This document shows, one piece after another, positions 54,261 through 64,000 of a stretch of 64,000 nucleotides of DNA. Source of the DNA: a bacterium (GTDB lineage: Bacteria > Patescibacteriota > Minisyncoccia > UBA6257 > 02-FULL-45-10c); the NCBI GenBank assembly GCA_030646915.1, contig JAUSKT010000014.1:30409-94408 (forward strand). Direction: 5' to 3'. Each line of letters starts with the position of its first letter. The first letter of the stretch is position 1. Both the position numbers and the translations under genes were made by a program. Below the pieces are notes generated by a model. The model did no database searches. It had not been told where the DNA came from and saw nothing but the letters and a program-made list of their open reading frames with translations.

Positions 54261-54653
54261 ATGGAATTAGGCAAGCCAAAATTCGAACACTCTGCTTTAG
54301 AGAAGGAAATACAGAGGCTATCACAAGAAATAAAAGACCATAAAGGGTCTGGGGGTCAGATGCCAGAAAAAGATTTAGTTAAGTCTTTGCTCCAATCCAG
54401 AATTCAGCCTTCAATAATGGAGCCGGCAGCAAAGAATCCGGCGCCAGTTTCTGATATTTTGCCGGAATATCTTCAGAAAGAATCCCCGGAAATCCAGTTA
54501 AAAGTGGAAGAGCTGGTTGACATGGCTTTTCACAAAGGGATTGAAGCTTCTGTGAAAGAGGCAAAAAAATACGGTCCTTTTATTTTGGATGCGCTCCATG
54601 ATTCTTTGACATCAAAAATTTATGATGAACTTAAGTCCAGAAAATTGCTTTAA
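54261..54653 (+). CDS. hypothetical protein
   Basis: start moved to the ATG at 54261 (preceded by TATAAT and AAGG); 130 aa. Confidence 0.45.
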   Translation: MELGKPKFEHSALEKEIQRLSQEIKDHKGSGGQMPEKDLVKSLLQSRIQPSIMEPAAKNPAPVSDILPEYLQKESPEIQLKVEELVDMAFHKGIEASVKEAKKYGPFILDALHDSLTSKIYDELKSRKLL

Positions 54654-54656
54654 CGT

Positions 54657-56987
54657 ATGATTGATATTTTAACCACTGTTTATATTATTTTAGGAATAGG
54701 ATTAGCTGTATCAGTGGCATTTTTTATTGTTAAAAAGCTGCGCCATAAATATTTTTTAGAGACCTTAAAACTCAGAGTTTTGGTAGTCCGATTACCTCAA
54801 AAATTTGAAAAAGACGGCAAAGAAGATCCGTTAAAAGAAATTGGCTTAACCGGCCAGCTTTTAAGCGAACTTGCCAATTTAAAAATTCCTTTTTCTTTGG
54901 AATCTGCGGTGCACAATGTCGGCGAAGAAATTCATTTTTATGTAGGCGTTCCAAAAGATAATATCCAGTTTGCTTCGCGGCAAATCCAGGGATTTTGGAA
55001 TGACGCTTCGGTTCAGGAAGTGGAAGATTATAATATTTTTAATCATCAGGGGGTTAGCGAGGGAGTTTTTTTGAAACAAAAAGAACTTTATGCGCTCCCG
55101 CTTAGAAGCTATGAAGAAGCCGGGCTGGACACTTTTTTGCCGATTATCAGCAATCTTTCCAAAATTAATGAAGTGGGAGAGGGAGCGGCAATCCAGATTT
55201 TAGTAAAGCCGGCGCCAAAATCTTTTAAAAAAGCCGCAACTAGTTTTATTTACCAATTGAAAAAAGGAGGAAAATTGGAGGATGTGCTTCATGCAAGTAA
55301 GATGATCGGTTTTGATGATATAAAGCAGGCTTTAAAAGGAAGAGATCCCAATGAATCCAAAACTGTAAAACCGGTAATGGATGAAGAAACCATAAAAGCT
55401 TTAGAGAAAAAAATGGCAAAACCGATTTTTTCCGTCAATATCCGTTTACTGGTTTCTTCGCCTAGCCAGTCCCGCTCTGATGAACTGCTTAATGCTTTAG
55501 CAGGTTCTTTTGACCAGTTCCAGGCGCCGCTCCGAAATGGCATTAGGATAATGAAGCCCAAAAATCAAAAAGAGTTATTATTTAAATTTATTTTCCGGCA
55601 ATTTGACGATAAAGAACGGATGGTGCTTGGCACGGATGAGTTGGTGAGTTTATTCCATTTCCCGACTTCTGCCACAGAGACACCGCGCATTAAATGGATT
55701 AAATCTAAAGAAGCCTCGCCTCCGGCGATTATGCCTAAAGAAGGCACTTTAGTAGGCGAGAGTAATTTTCGCGGGGAGCGCCGATCGGTTTTTATTGCTG
55801 ACGAAGACCGCCGCCGCCATGTTTATGTTGTTGGCCAGACCGGAACCGGAAAATCTAATTTAATGATTAATATGGCGTTGGATGATATCCAAAAAGGCAA
55901 AGGAGTCGCAGTGATTGATCCGCACGGCGATTTAATTGAGTCGGTTTTGGCTTTAATTCCAAAATCCAGAATGCAAGATGTAATTGTTTTCGACCCGGGA
56001 GATTTACAAAGGCCTTTGGGGCTGAATATGTTGGAATATGATTTTTCTCATCCGGAAGAAAAAACTTTTATCGTTAATGAAATGCAGGGGATTTTTAACA
56101 AACTTTTTTCTCAGGAAACCATGGGGCCGATGTTTGAACAATATATGAGAAATGCCCTTCTTCTCTTGATGGAAGACGCGCCGAATGAACCGGCGACTTT
56201 GATGGATGTGCCAAGGATTTTTACTGATTCAGAATATCGGGAGAAAAAATTAGCCCGCTGCAAAAATCCGGCAGTAAAAGATTATTGGGAAAGGGAAGCG
56301 GTAATGGTGGGCGGAGAAGCATCGCTGCAGAATATGACTCCTTATATCACTTCAAAGTTCAATAATTTTATTGCCAATGATTATGTTCGGCCGATTATTA
56401 GCCAGTCCAAATCAGCTTTTCGTTTTAGGGAAGTGATGGATAGCGGCAAGATTTTATTGGTTAATTTATCCAAGGGCCGGATCGGGGATATTAATGCCGG
56501 TCTTTTGGGAATGGTGATGGTTGGAAAATTATTGATGGCGGCATTATCAAGGGTGGATTTACCGCAGGAAGAAAGAAAAGACTTTAATCTTTATGTTGAT
56601 GAATTCCAAAATTTCACCACAGATTCCATTTCAGTGATTTTATCTGAGGCGAGGAAATATCGCTTGAATTTGGTTATTGCCCATCAATTTATCGCCCAAC
56701 TTCAAGATAAAACCAGAGATGCGGTTTTTGGCAACGTCGGATCAATGATAGTTTTCCGAGTTGGGGCAAAAGACGCGGAAGAATTGGTAAAACAATTTGA
56801 ACCGGTATTTACTAAAAATGATTTGATTAATATTGATAATTTTAATGCTTACGCCAAATTATTAATTAATGGCGAAACTTCCAAGCCATTCAATATCCAG
56901 ACTTTGCCTTCGCCAAAGGGGGATTTGCGATCGCGCGATATATTAAAAGAATTATCCAGAAGTAAGTATGGATTGGAAAGAGGTTGA
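54657..56987 (+). CDS. membrane-anchored TraD/VirD4-like (type IV coupling protein / DUF87-type) ATPase
   Basis: N-terminal TM helix; Walker A VGQTGTGKS; Walker B LYVDEFQNF; 776 aa. Confidence 0.6.
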   Translation: MIDILTTVYIILGIGLAVSVAFFIVKKLRHKYFLETLKLRVLVVRLPQKFEKDGKEDPLKEIGLTGQLLSELANLKIPFSLESAVHNVGEEIHFYVGVPKDNIQFASRQIQGFWNDASVQEVEDYNIFNHQGVSEGVFLKQKELYALPLRSYEEAGLDTFLPIISNLSKINEVGEGAAIQILVKPAPKSFKKAATSFIYQLKKGGKLEDVLHASKMIGFDDIKQALKGRDPNESKTVKPVMDEETIKALEKKMAKPIFSVNIRLLVSSPSQSRSDELLNALAGSFDQFQAPLRNGIRIMKPKNQKELLFKFIFRQFDDKERMVLGTDELVSLFHFPTSATETPRIKWIKSKEASPPAIMPKEGTLVGESNFRGERRSVFIADEDRRRHVYVVGQTGTGKSNLMINMALDDIQKGKGVAVIDPHGDLIESVLALIPKSRMQDVIVFDPGDLQRPLGLNMLEYDFSHPEEKTFIVNEMQGIFNKLFSQETMGPMFEQYMRNALLLLMEDAPNEPATLMDVPRIFTDSEYREKKLARCKNPAVKDYWEREAVMVGGEASLQNMTPYITSKFNNFIANDYVRPIISQSKSAFRFREVMDSGKILLVNLSKGRIGDINAGLLGMVMVGKLLMAALSRVDLPQEERKDFNLYVDEFQNFTTDSISVILSEARKYRLNLVIAHQFIAQLQDKTRDAVFGNVGSMIVFRVGAKDAEELVKQFEPVFTKNDLINIDNFNAYAKLLINGETSKPFNIQTLPSPKGDLRSRDILKELSRSKYGLERG

Positions 56988-56999
56988 AAATAAAAACCT

Positions 57000-58487
57000 A
57001 TGATTTTAATAAAAAGCGTTCAAATTATTGATGGCAGCGGCAAACCGGCATTTCGGGGAGATATTTTAATAAAAGATGACCGAATATCAGCGGTCAGTAA
57101 TTTTATAGGCAAAAAAGCGGATACAATAATTGACGGGCTCGGGCTAACGGCAGTACCGGGATTTATTGATGTAAATACTGATTCTGACCACTATTTAAGC
57201 TTATTTTCCAATCCTTTACAGAAGGATTTTTTACTTCAAGGAGTGACGACTATTATTGGCGGGCAATGTGGAGCGTCCTTAGCGCCTTTGCTTTATGGCT
57301 CTTTGCGGGCAATTAGGAAATGGGGAGATGTCAGCCAAATGAATATTGATTGGAATACCATAAGAGAACTAAAAGAAGTTTTAAAAAGATTAAAATTAGG
57401 CGTTAATTTTGGAACTTTAGTTGGTTACGTCACCATTCGAAGAGATCTAGTCGGCAGCGAGATAAGGGATTTAACCCAGCCAGAAATAGAAATTTTCCAG
57501 CACAGTTTATTTAAAGCTTTGGATGACGGAGCGCTGGGTCTTTCCACTGGACTTGGATATTCCCATTCCCGCAATATATCTTATTCAGAAATTAAAAAGA
57601 TTTTAACAGTTTTTTCTAAAAAACCTGGAGTTTACACGACTCATTTGCGTGATGAACAGGACAATTTGATTGAGTCAGTGAGAGAGACAATACAAATGGC
57701 GCAAGAAAGCGGTTTACCGACCATAATCAGCCATTTCCGCCCTATTTTAGGCTTTGAAAGCAAGTTCCAAGAAGCTTTAAAAATTATCGAAGAAAGCCTG
57801 GATAAAGGGAATATTTATTTTGATGTTAATCCATTTGATATGAGCGTTTTGCCTATTTATACTTTATTGCCAGTTTGGGCTCAAGAAGGAGGATTTGAAG
57901 GCATGTTGAAAATTCTTGGCGATGAATTATACCGACCCAGAATTATTTCGGAAATTTCTAAATCTGATTGGGTTTTGGATAATTTGGTTATTGCCGAGGC
58001 CCAGGGTTATTCCAATATTATTGATAAAACTTTGAAAGAATTTTCAGACAATAGGGATTTAAATATCATTGAAGGACTTTTATTATTAATGGAAATTACA
58101 AGAATGCACGCCAGATTTTTTTATAAAAATATCAATCAGCGGGTTCTGGAAGAAGTTTTGTCGCATCCCCGCGCGCTTATTGGTTCAAATAGCGCCAGCT
58201 TAAAAGACCAGCCGTCTGTTTTGAGGCCCAAAAGAGCAACGGAAACCTTCGGTAGATTTTTGGAAATTATGGAACAAAAAAAGGCGCCCATAGAAGACTC
58301 AATTAAAAGGATTACTTCTGTTCCGGCAAAGATATTTAATATCTCCAAGAGGGGATTATTGCAGGAAGGCTGGTTTGCGGATGTAGTTTTATTAAAGGAT
58401 AAAAATATTGCAGAGGTTATTGTTAATGGCCGATTGGCAGTCAGTAATGGAAAGGTGTCTGAAATTGGTTTCGGTTCGCCATTATAA
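57000..58487 (+). CDS. amidohydrolase-fold protein (D-aminoacylase-like) with a degenerate metal site
   Basis: N-terminal IIDGSG...PGFIDVNTDSD, where the canonical family has PGFIDxHxH. Confidence 0.6.
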   Translation: MILIKSVQIIDGSGKPAFRGDILIKDDRISAVSNFIGKKADTIIDGLGLTAVPGFIDVNTDSDHYLSLFSNPLQKDFLLQGVTTIIGGQCGASLAPLLYGSLRAIRKWGDVSQMNIDWNTIRELKEVLKRLKLGVNFGTLVGYVTIRRDLVGSEIRDLTQPEIEIFQHSLFKALDDGALGLSTGLGYSHSRNISYSEIKKILTVFSKKPGVYTTHLRDEQDNLIESVRETIQMAQESGLPTIISHFRPILGFESKFQEALKIIEESLDKGNIYFDVNPFDMSVLPIYTLLPVWAQEGGFEGMLKILGDELYRPRIISEISKSDWVLDNLVIAEAQGYSNIIDKTLKEFSDNRDLNIIEGLLLLMEITRMHARFFYKNINQRVLEEVLSHPRALIGSNSASLKDQPSVLRPKRATETFGRFLEIMEQKKAPIEDSIKRITSVPAKIFNISKRGLLQEGWFADVVLLKDKNIAEVIVNGRLAVSNGKVSEIGFGSPL

Positions 58488-58509
58488 AATTTCCTTTTAA
58501 AAACGATTT

Positions 58510-59619
58510 ATGAAATTTCTGAAATTTTTTAAAAATGGCCATTCGCCGGATTATGTAGTCATTTTCAGCACCATATTTTTGGTAATTTTTGGATTAGTAA
58601 TGTTAATGAGCGCTTCTTCAAATTTAGGGAAAGTAAAGTTTGGGGATAGCTATTTTTATTTAAAGCATCAATTAATTTCCGGATTAATTTTTGGAATTTT
58701 GGGATTTTGGCTGACCTCTAGATTTTATTATCGATATTATCAAAATTTTGCCGTAGTTTTTTTAATGATTTCGATTATTTTATTGTTATTAGTTTTTACT
58801 CCCTTGGGAATGACTTCTGGCGGAGCGACTCGTTGGCTGCACCTTGGCCCATTTACCTTTCAACCATCAGAGCTTTTAAAAATATTTTTTATTATTTATC
58901 TTGCGTCCTGGCTGGGGAGCAAATCTTATCGTCAACATGATTTTTTTGGAGGATTTCTGCCATTTTTGATTATTTTAAGCTTAATTGGATCGCTTTTGCT
59001 TTTACAGCCATCTACCAGCACTGCGGTGATTTTAACGGTTACCGCGCTCATTATTTATTTTACCAGCGGAGCAAAAATTTCTTATATTTTTAGCGCGATT
59101 ATTTTGGGTTTGATAGGATTTTTAATAATTTCTTACTCAACGCCATATCGTTGGGAACGAATCATGAGTTTTATTAATCCAAGTTCAAATATCCAAACCT
59201 CTTCTTATCAAATTAATCAAGCTTTGATCGCTATCGGTTCCGGCGGACTTTGGGGGGTTGGCTATGGCCAATCAACCACTAAACTGCGTTATCTGCCCCA
59301 GCCGATTGATGATTCTATTTTTGCAGTTATCGCGGAAGAACTTGGATTTATCGGCTCTATTTTTGTTATTTTTGTTTTTATCTCTTTAATTATCAGAATT
59401 TTTTTGCTGTCTAGAAAAACATCGGATGAATTCGGAAAATTATTATTAGTAGGCTTTGGTTCTTTAATTGCATTGCAGGCATTTATGCATATTGGCGCTA
59501 TTTCTGGCTTGATTCCTTTAACTGGAGTGCCTCTGCCCTATATAAGTTATGGGGGCACGGCGTTAGCAATTTTTATGACTATTTCCGGTATAATAGTTAA
59601 TATATCGAAATATACTTAA
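58510..59619 (+). CDS. ftsW: SEDS family peptidoglycan glycosyltransferase (FtsW/RodA)
   Basis: 369 aa, 10 TM; QPSELLK and LPYISYGGT motifs; adjacent to murG. Confidence 0.88.
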   Translation: MKFLKFFKNGHSPDYVVIFSTIFLVIFGLVMLMSASSNLGKVKFGDSYFYLKHQLISGLIFGILGFWLTSRFYYRYYQNFAVVFLMISIILLLLVFTPLGMTSGGATRWLHLGPFTFQPSELLKIFFIIYLASWLGSKSYRQHDFFGGFLPFLIILSLIGSLLLLQPSTSTAVILTVTALIIYFTSGAKISYIFSAIILGLIGFLIISYSTPYRWERIMSFINPSSNIQTSSYQINQALIAIGSGGLWGVGYGQSTTKLRYLPQPIDDSIFAVIAEELGFIGSIFVIFVFISLIIRIFLLSRKTSDEFGKLLLVGFGSLIALQAFMHIGAISGLIPLTGVPLPYISYGGTALAIFMTISGIIVNISKYT

Positions 59620-59644
59620 TTAAAGTTATCAGTTAGCAATTAAA

Positions 59645-60799
59645 ATGCATAAATTACGAGTATTATTAACTGGCGGCGGAACGGGGGGGCATATTTTCCC
59701 ATTAATTGCGGTAGCGGAAGAATTGCAATCGCAAGCTCAGGAATTCGGATTAGATCTTGATTTGCGTTATTTTGGCGGCGATTATGAGTATGCCCAAAAT
59801 TTAACGGATCAAAATATAAAATTTGTTCCGATTATTTCTTCAAAATTACGGCGTTACTGGTCCTTTCTGAATTTAATTGATTTTATTAAATTCCCCTTCA
59901 GCCTTTTGCAGATTTCCTGGAAAATTTTTTGGTTTATGCCAGATGTTGTTTTTTCCAAGGGTGGCCCCGGAGCTTTGGCGGTAGTTTTGGTAAGCCGGCT
60001 TTATTTTATCCCAGTAGTTATCCATGAATCAGACAGCATTCCAGGACTAACAAATAAAATTTCAGGATTTTTTGCAAAAAAGACATTTTTGGCTTTTTCT
60101 TCAGCCGAACCTTATCTGGGCAAAAGCAATGCAGAAATTGTCGGCAATCCGGTTCGAAAATCTTTAATGGCAGAATTGAATTTTTTAGAACAATACGGAG
60201 AAGATGCGGCAAATCAGGCGAAAAAGAGCCTTGGATTAAATTTAACAGAACCAGTAATTTTATTTTTAGGAGGATCTCAGGGCGCAAGGCGAATTAATGA
60301 TTTTATATTGGAGAATTTAGAGATTTTAATCAGGGATTTTCAGATTCTCCATCAAGTTGGGGAGAGGAACTACGATGTTTATAAAAAAGAGTTTGAGTTT
60401 TTAACTAAAGATTGGAGCGATATCGAGAAAAATCGCTATCAATTTAAGGCTTTTTTCGATAAAGATTTAGCAGAAGCATTATTGGCTTCAGGGGCAGTAG
60501 TTGCTCGAGCTGGTTCTGGTACAATTTTTGAATTGGCGGCTTTTGGAAAGCCGGCAATTTTAATACCGCTCTTAGAGTCAGCTAACGGCCATCAAAAAAA
60601 GAATGCGTATTTATATTCGGAAACTGGAGCTGCATTAGTTATACAAGAAGAAAATCTTTTAGGAAATTTGCTAGTTACAGAACTAAAGACTGTAGTGCAG
60701 AATAAAGATTTGCTTAAAAAAATGAGCGATTCGGCTAGAAGTTTTTATAAGCCAGATTCGGCAAAAATTATTGCCAAGCACTTATTATCCTATGTTTAA
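59645..60799 (+). CDS. murG: undecaprenyldiphospho-muramoylpentapeptide beta-N-acetylglucosaminyltransferase
   Basis: GGGTGGHIFP N-terminal motif, RAGSGTIFE and HQKKNA C-terminal motifs. Confidence 0.92.
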   Translation: MHKLRVLLTGGGTGGHIFPLIAVAEELQSQAQEFGLDLDLRYFGGDYEYAQNLTDQNIKFVPIISSKLRRYWSFLNLIDFIKFPFSLLQISWKIFWFMPDVVFSKGGPGALAVVLVSRLYFIPVVIHESDSIPGLTNKISGFFAKKTFLAFSSAEPYLGKSNAEIVGNPVRKSLMAELNFLEQYGEDAANQAKKSLGLNLTEPVILFLGGSQGARRINDFILENLEILIRDFQILHQVGERNYDVYKKEFEFLTKDWSDIEKNRYQFKAFFDKDLAEALLASGAVVARAGSGTIFELAAFGKPAILIPLLESANGHQKKNAYLYSETGAALVIQEENLLGNLLVTELKTVVQNKDLLKKMSDSARSFYKPDSAKIIAKHLLSYV

Positions 60800-62216
60800 T
60801 TTTTTTAGAAAAAATAAAGTTCGCGTAAGAATAGCGCCGTCTCCGACTGGTTATTTGCATATTGGCACGGCGAGGACTGCGCTTTTTAATCTGCTTTTTG
60901 CAAAAAAAATGGGGGGAAAATTTATCTTAAGAATTGAAGATACGGACTTGGAGCGTTCAGAAAAAAGATTTGAGGAAGATATTATTCAAAGCTTGAAATG
61001 GCTTGGATTAGATTGGGACGAAGGTCCTTATCGGCAATCTGAAAGGCTGGATATATACGAAAAGTATCTTATTAAGCTCTTAAAAGATAAAAAAGCTTAC
61101 TATTGCAAATGCCGTAAAGAGGATTTGGAAAAGGAGAGGGAATTACAGACAAAACTAGGGGAGCCATTAAAATATAGCGGTAAATGCGCGGATCAAAATA
61201 TATCCCCAGATCAAGCCAGCCTTATAAGATTTAAAATTAATGCCGCTCAAGTAGTCTTTAAAGATTTAATTAGGGGTGAAATTAATTTTGATTCTGCTTT
61301 AATCGGCGATATTGCTATTGCTAAAAATTTACGCACCCCCTTATACAATTTTGCGGTAGTGATTGATGATTATGAAATGAAAATTTCACATGTAATCCGG
61401 GGCGAAGATCATATTGCAAATACGCCTAAACAAATATTATTGCAGCAAGCTTTAGGTTTTCCGGAGCCAAAATATGCCCATTTGCCGTTAATTTTGGATC
61501 CGGACAGAAGTAAGATGTCTAAGCGTTTTTCCGCCACTTCAATCCAAGAATATAGGGAACAAGGTTATTTGCCGGAAGCTTTAGTAAATTTTATGGCGCT
61601 TTTGGGGTGGCATCCGTCAGATGATAAAGAAAAGATGGATATTGATGAAATTACAATTAAATTTGAAATAGACAGAATTCAAAAGGGCGGCGCAGTCTTC
61701 GATGTTAAAAAACTCGATTGGCTTAACAGTGAATATTTAAGAGGGGAAGATAATGCGATCCTATTAAAATCGATTAAAGAATTATACGGAAAAGAGCTGG
61801 GTGGATTGAATGATGAAGTTTTATTTAAGATGCTAACCGTGGGGAAAGCTCGAATATCAAAGCTTAGAGATTTTTTAGATCTAAAAGCTTCTTTTGATTT
61901 ATTAGAATATTCTTTGGATCTTTTAATATGGAAAGATACCGATAAAAAAATTATTTTAGAAAATTTAAAAAAATCAAGGGAAATTTTAAGGACTGTTTTA
62001 AATACTAAATTTAATAAGGAAGATTTAGAAAAAGAACTAATGCCAATGGCTGATACTCGGGGCAGGGGAGCAGTCCTTTGGCCGTTGCGGGCGGCTTTAT
62101 CCGGTAAAGATAAATCTCCTGGGCCATTTGAGCTTATGGATGTTTTAGGAAAAGATGAAACTTTAAAGAGAATTGAGTTGGCTATTCAAAAACTGGAATT
62201 TGGCGGAAAGAATTAG
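60792..62216 (+). CDS. gltX: glutamate--tRNA ligase
   Basis: start set at MFNFF (ATGTTTAA overlap with murG stop); PSPTGYLHIGTART (HIGH) and KMSKR motifs. Confidence 0.94.
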   Translation: MFNFFRKNKVRVRIAPSPTGYLHIGTARTALFNLLFAKKMGGKFILRIEDTDLERSEKRFEEDIIQSLKWLGLDWDEGPYRQSERLDIYEKYLIKLLKDKKAYYCKCRKEDLEKERELQTKLGEPLKYSGKCADQNISPDQASLIRFKINAAQVVFKDLIRGEINFDSALIGDIAIAKNLRTPLYNFAVVIDDYEMKISHVIRGEDHIANTPKQILLQQALGFPEPKYAHLPLILDPDRSKMSKRFSATSIQEYREQGYLPEALVNFMALLGWHPSDDKEKMDIDEITIKFEIDRIQKGGAVFDVKKLDWLNSEYLRGEDNAILLKSIKELYGKELGGLNDEVLFKMLTVGKARISKLRDFLDLKASFDLLEYSLDLLIWKDTDKKIILENLKKSREILRTVLNTKFNKEDLEKELMPMADTRGRGAVLWPLRAALSGKDKSPGPFELMDVLGKDETLKRIELAIQKLEFGGKN

Positions 62217-62221
62217 GAATT

Positions 62222-63481
62222 ATGAGTTTAAAATTAAAAATTTTTCTTTTATTTACCAGTATTTCTTACTCTTTATTCATTATTCCCGCATTAGGCGCAA
62301 ATACTCCGGAAGATTTAAAATCAGCCATTGAAGCGAAAAATAAGGCCTTGCAGGATATAAACCAGCAAATTCAGCAAACTCAGAAAGATTTGGATGCGGC
62401 GCAGGGGCAGGGCAAGACTCTTCAGAATCAAATCAAGCAGATTGATTATCAGCTTAATCAGGTAAATTTAGGCATACGTTCCAGCGAGCTGACCATTGAT
62501 AAGCTTAATTTGGAAATTAATTCTTTACAGGGCGGAATTAAGGAAACAAGCGCCAGCATTAAAACTCAGAAATCCGGCATCGCCGTTATTTTGGATGAAA
62601 TTAATAAAAAAGACAATGAAACTATTCTTGTTACTTTATTAAAAAATAAAAATCTTTCTGATAGCTGGTCAGAATTACAAAATTTAAATACTTTAAATGT
62701 CGGATTATCTGTTGGAGTTGATAAGTATCAGGAATTAAGCAATAAATTAACCGGTAATTTGAATTCAACGGCTCAAAAACGAAAGGGCATTGTATCGGAA
62801 AATCAAAATTTAAAAACTAAAAAATCTCTGGCGGTAAGCGAGAAAAATGACCGGCAAACTTTGTTATCGCAGACTAAAAATCAGGAAAAACTTTATCAGA
62901 ATTTAATTACTGATTTAGAAAAACAGCAAAATTCTATTTCTGATGAAATTGACAAGATTGAAGATCAGCTGCGTTCCACTTTTGACCCGACTTTATTGCC
63001 GATAAAAAGGCCAGGAGTTTTTTCTTGGCCGATTAAATTGGCAAAAGACGGGGGGACTGCTTATATTACTCAGCGTTTCGGGGAAAAATCTTATTTATAC
63101 AAGGGAAAGCCGCATAATGGTTTAGATATAGGTTCTCCCATAGGAACGCCGGTATTTGCGGCGGCGGATGGAAAAGTTATTGCCGTTGATAATAATGACA
63201 AAAGCTCTTGGGCAAAATATCAGTATGGGAAGTATATTCTCATACAGCATGATAATAATCTTGTTACGCTTTACGGCCATCTTTCTGTTCAGGCTGTTCA
63301 AAAAAATTCAATAGTTAAGCGCGGAGATTTAATCGGATATGAAGGTAGAACCGGTTATGCAACCGGCCCGCATCTGCATTTTGGCGTTTATTGGGCTCCA
63401 AGCGTGCTAATGAAATCATTGCCGCCGGCAGCCGGATTGGTTCCGATAGGAGTAGTTATAAATCCGGAAGATTACCTATAA
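62222..63481 (+). CDS. M23 family peptidoglycan endopeptidase with N-terminal coiled coil (EnvC-like)
   Basis: HNGLDIG, AAADGKV and GPHLHF motifs. Confidence 0.88.
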   Translation: MSLKLKIFLLFTSISYSLFIIPALGANTPEDLKSAIEAKNKALQDINQQIQQTQKDLDAAQGQGKTLQNQIKQIDYQLNQVNLGIRSSELTIDKLNLEINSLQGGIKETSASIKTQKSGIAVILDEINKKDNETILVTLLKNKNLSDSWSELQNLNTLNVGLSVGVDKYQELSNKLTGNLNSTAQKRKGIVSENQNLKTKKSLAVSEKNDRQTLLSQTKNQEKLYQNLITDLEKQQNSISDEIDKIEDQLRSTFDPTLLPIKRPGVFSWPIKLAKDGGTAYITQRFGEKSYLYKGKPHNGLDIGSPIGTPVFAAADGKVIAVDNNDKSSWAKYQYGKYILIQHDNNLVTLYGHLSVQAVQKNSIVKRGDLIGYEGRTGYATGPHLHFGVYWAPSVLMKSLPPAAGLVPIGVVINPEDYL

Positions 63482-63507
63482 TGGTATAATTATTAATATA
63501 GGTTCTT

Positions 63508-63762
63508 ATGAAGACTTTTTTAGACTTATTTAACCTGTTTATTAATACTTCCAAGCAATTGGCCGCTTATGTGCCGCAATCCGGAGAAGATGTAATCCGG
63601 ATGTTTCAGCAGGTAGGTTTAGTCGCGACAAATCTAAATTTATGGATAGGCGAGAATGTTGGAGTTAATTTACAATCAATGCTTGCGGTTCTAGGAAGAT
63701 TGATAGGGATTTGGTTTACTTTCTTATTTGAAGCAGTAAAAAATATAGTTAATCGGTTATAA
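63508..63762 (+). CDS. hypothetical protein (84 aa)
   Basis: ORF only; C-terminal hydrophobic helix. Confidence 0.4.
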   Translation: MKTFLDLFNLFINTSKQLAAYVPQSGEDVIRMFQQVGLVATNLNLWIGENVGVNLQSMLAVLGRLIGIWFTFLFEAVKNIVNRL

Positions 63763-63845
63763 ATTATAAAATTTTTAAGTGTTTTTATAAAAGTTATCCA
63801 CAAATGTTGGGTTGTTTTATTGTGCGACACATAATATACTATATA

Positions 63846-64000
63846 TTATGGGAAAATTACCCGGTGACTATATTGCGGGATTTGTAGATGGCGAAGGCTG
63901 TTTTGCTTTAAAATTTAGACGCGATGTCAGGCATGACAGAAAAAATAAACCAATATATTTTTATTGGGATATTGAGTTTGCTATAATGCTTAAGGGCGAC
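63846..64000 (+). CDS. LAGLIDADG family homing endonuclease-like protein (5' part, truncated by window end)
   Basis: hand-translated MGKLPGDYIAGFVDGEGCFALKFRRD...; GFVDGEGCF is the LAGLIDADG motif. Confidence 0.7.

Overview
This is a low-GC, gene-dense bacterial window. Several traits suggest a Candidate Phyla Radiation / Patescibacteria (Parcubacteria-like) genome, though this is inference: no rpmD between rpsE and rplO, a shortened L3, DUF5671/DUF5659-type small proteins, a GT-C mannosyltransferase, and a free-standing LAGLIDADG ORF.

Layout:
- 0-7.6 kb: ackA, copA, a DsbA-VKOR-DoxX thiol/quinone cluster, an SDR and PGI/PMI.
- 7.6-11.2 kb: membrane and protease genes, including a frameshifted S41 peptidase.
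- 11.2-29.4 kb: a str-S10-spc-secY-adk-map ribosomal supercluster. It is interrupted by an extra ORF, a minus-strand CPBP-like gene and several intergenic repeat families.
- 30-39 kb: GT2, greA, lysS, serS, alr, an FtsQ-like gene and GT39.
- 39.6-53 kb: an accessory stretch. It holds a GC-rich mini-gene cassette, mpg, CYTH, NERD, a minus-strand cluster of secreted/membrane proteins with tandem CCC micropeptides, and a ~7 kb integrative element ending in a large serine recombinase that overlaps ychF.
- 53-64 kb: a DUF2384 antitoxin-like gene, a TraD/VirD4-like ATPase, ftsW-murG-gltX-M23 and a truncated LAGLIDADG ORF.

No rRNA, tRNA or CRISPR array was recognised.

Most notable observation: five same-orientation copies of a 104-105 nt palindromic element sit exactly on the start codons of rpsG, rplW, rplX, rplR and secY.
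- Each copy is flanked by a duplicated ATGNN(N) that matches the downstream gene, which looks like a target-site duplication.
- Each has a 16-nt terminal inverted repeat and an internal hairpin with a compensatory base-pair change.
- In four of the five copies, a 34-codon through-ORF starts at the duplicated ATG and stops 4-5 nt before the real start codon.

I cannot match this geometry to any described repeat family.
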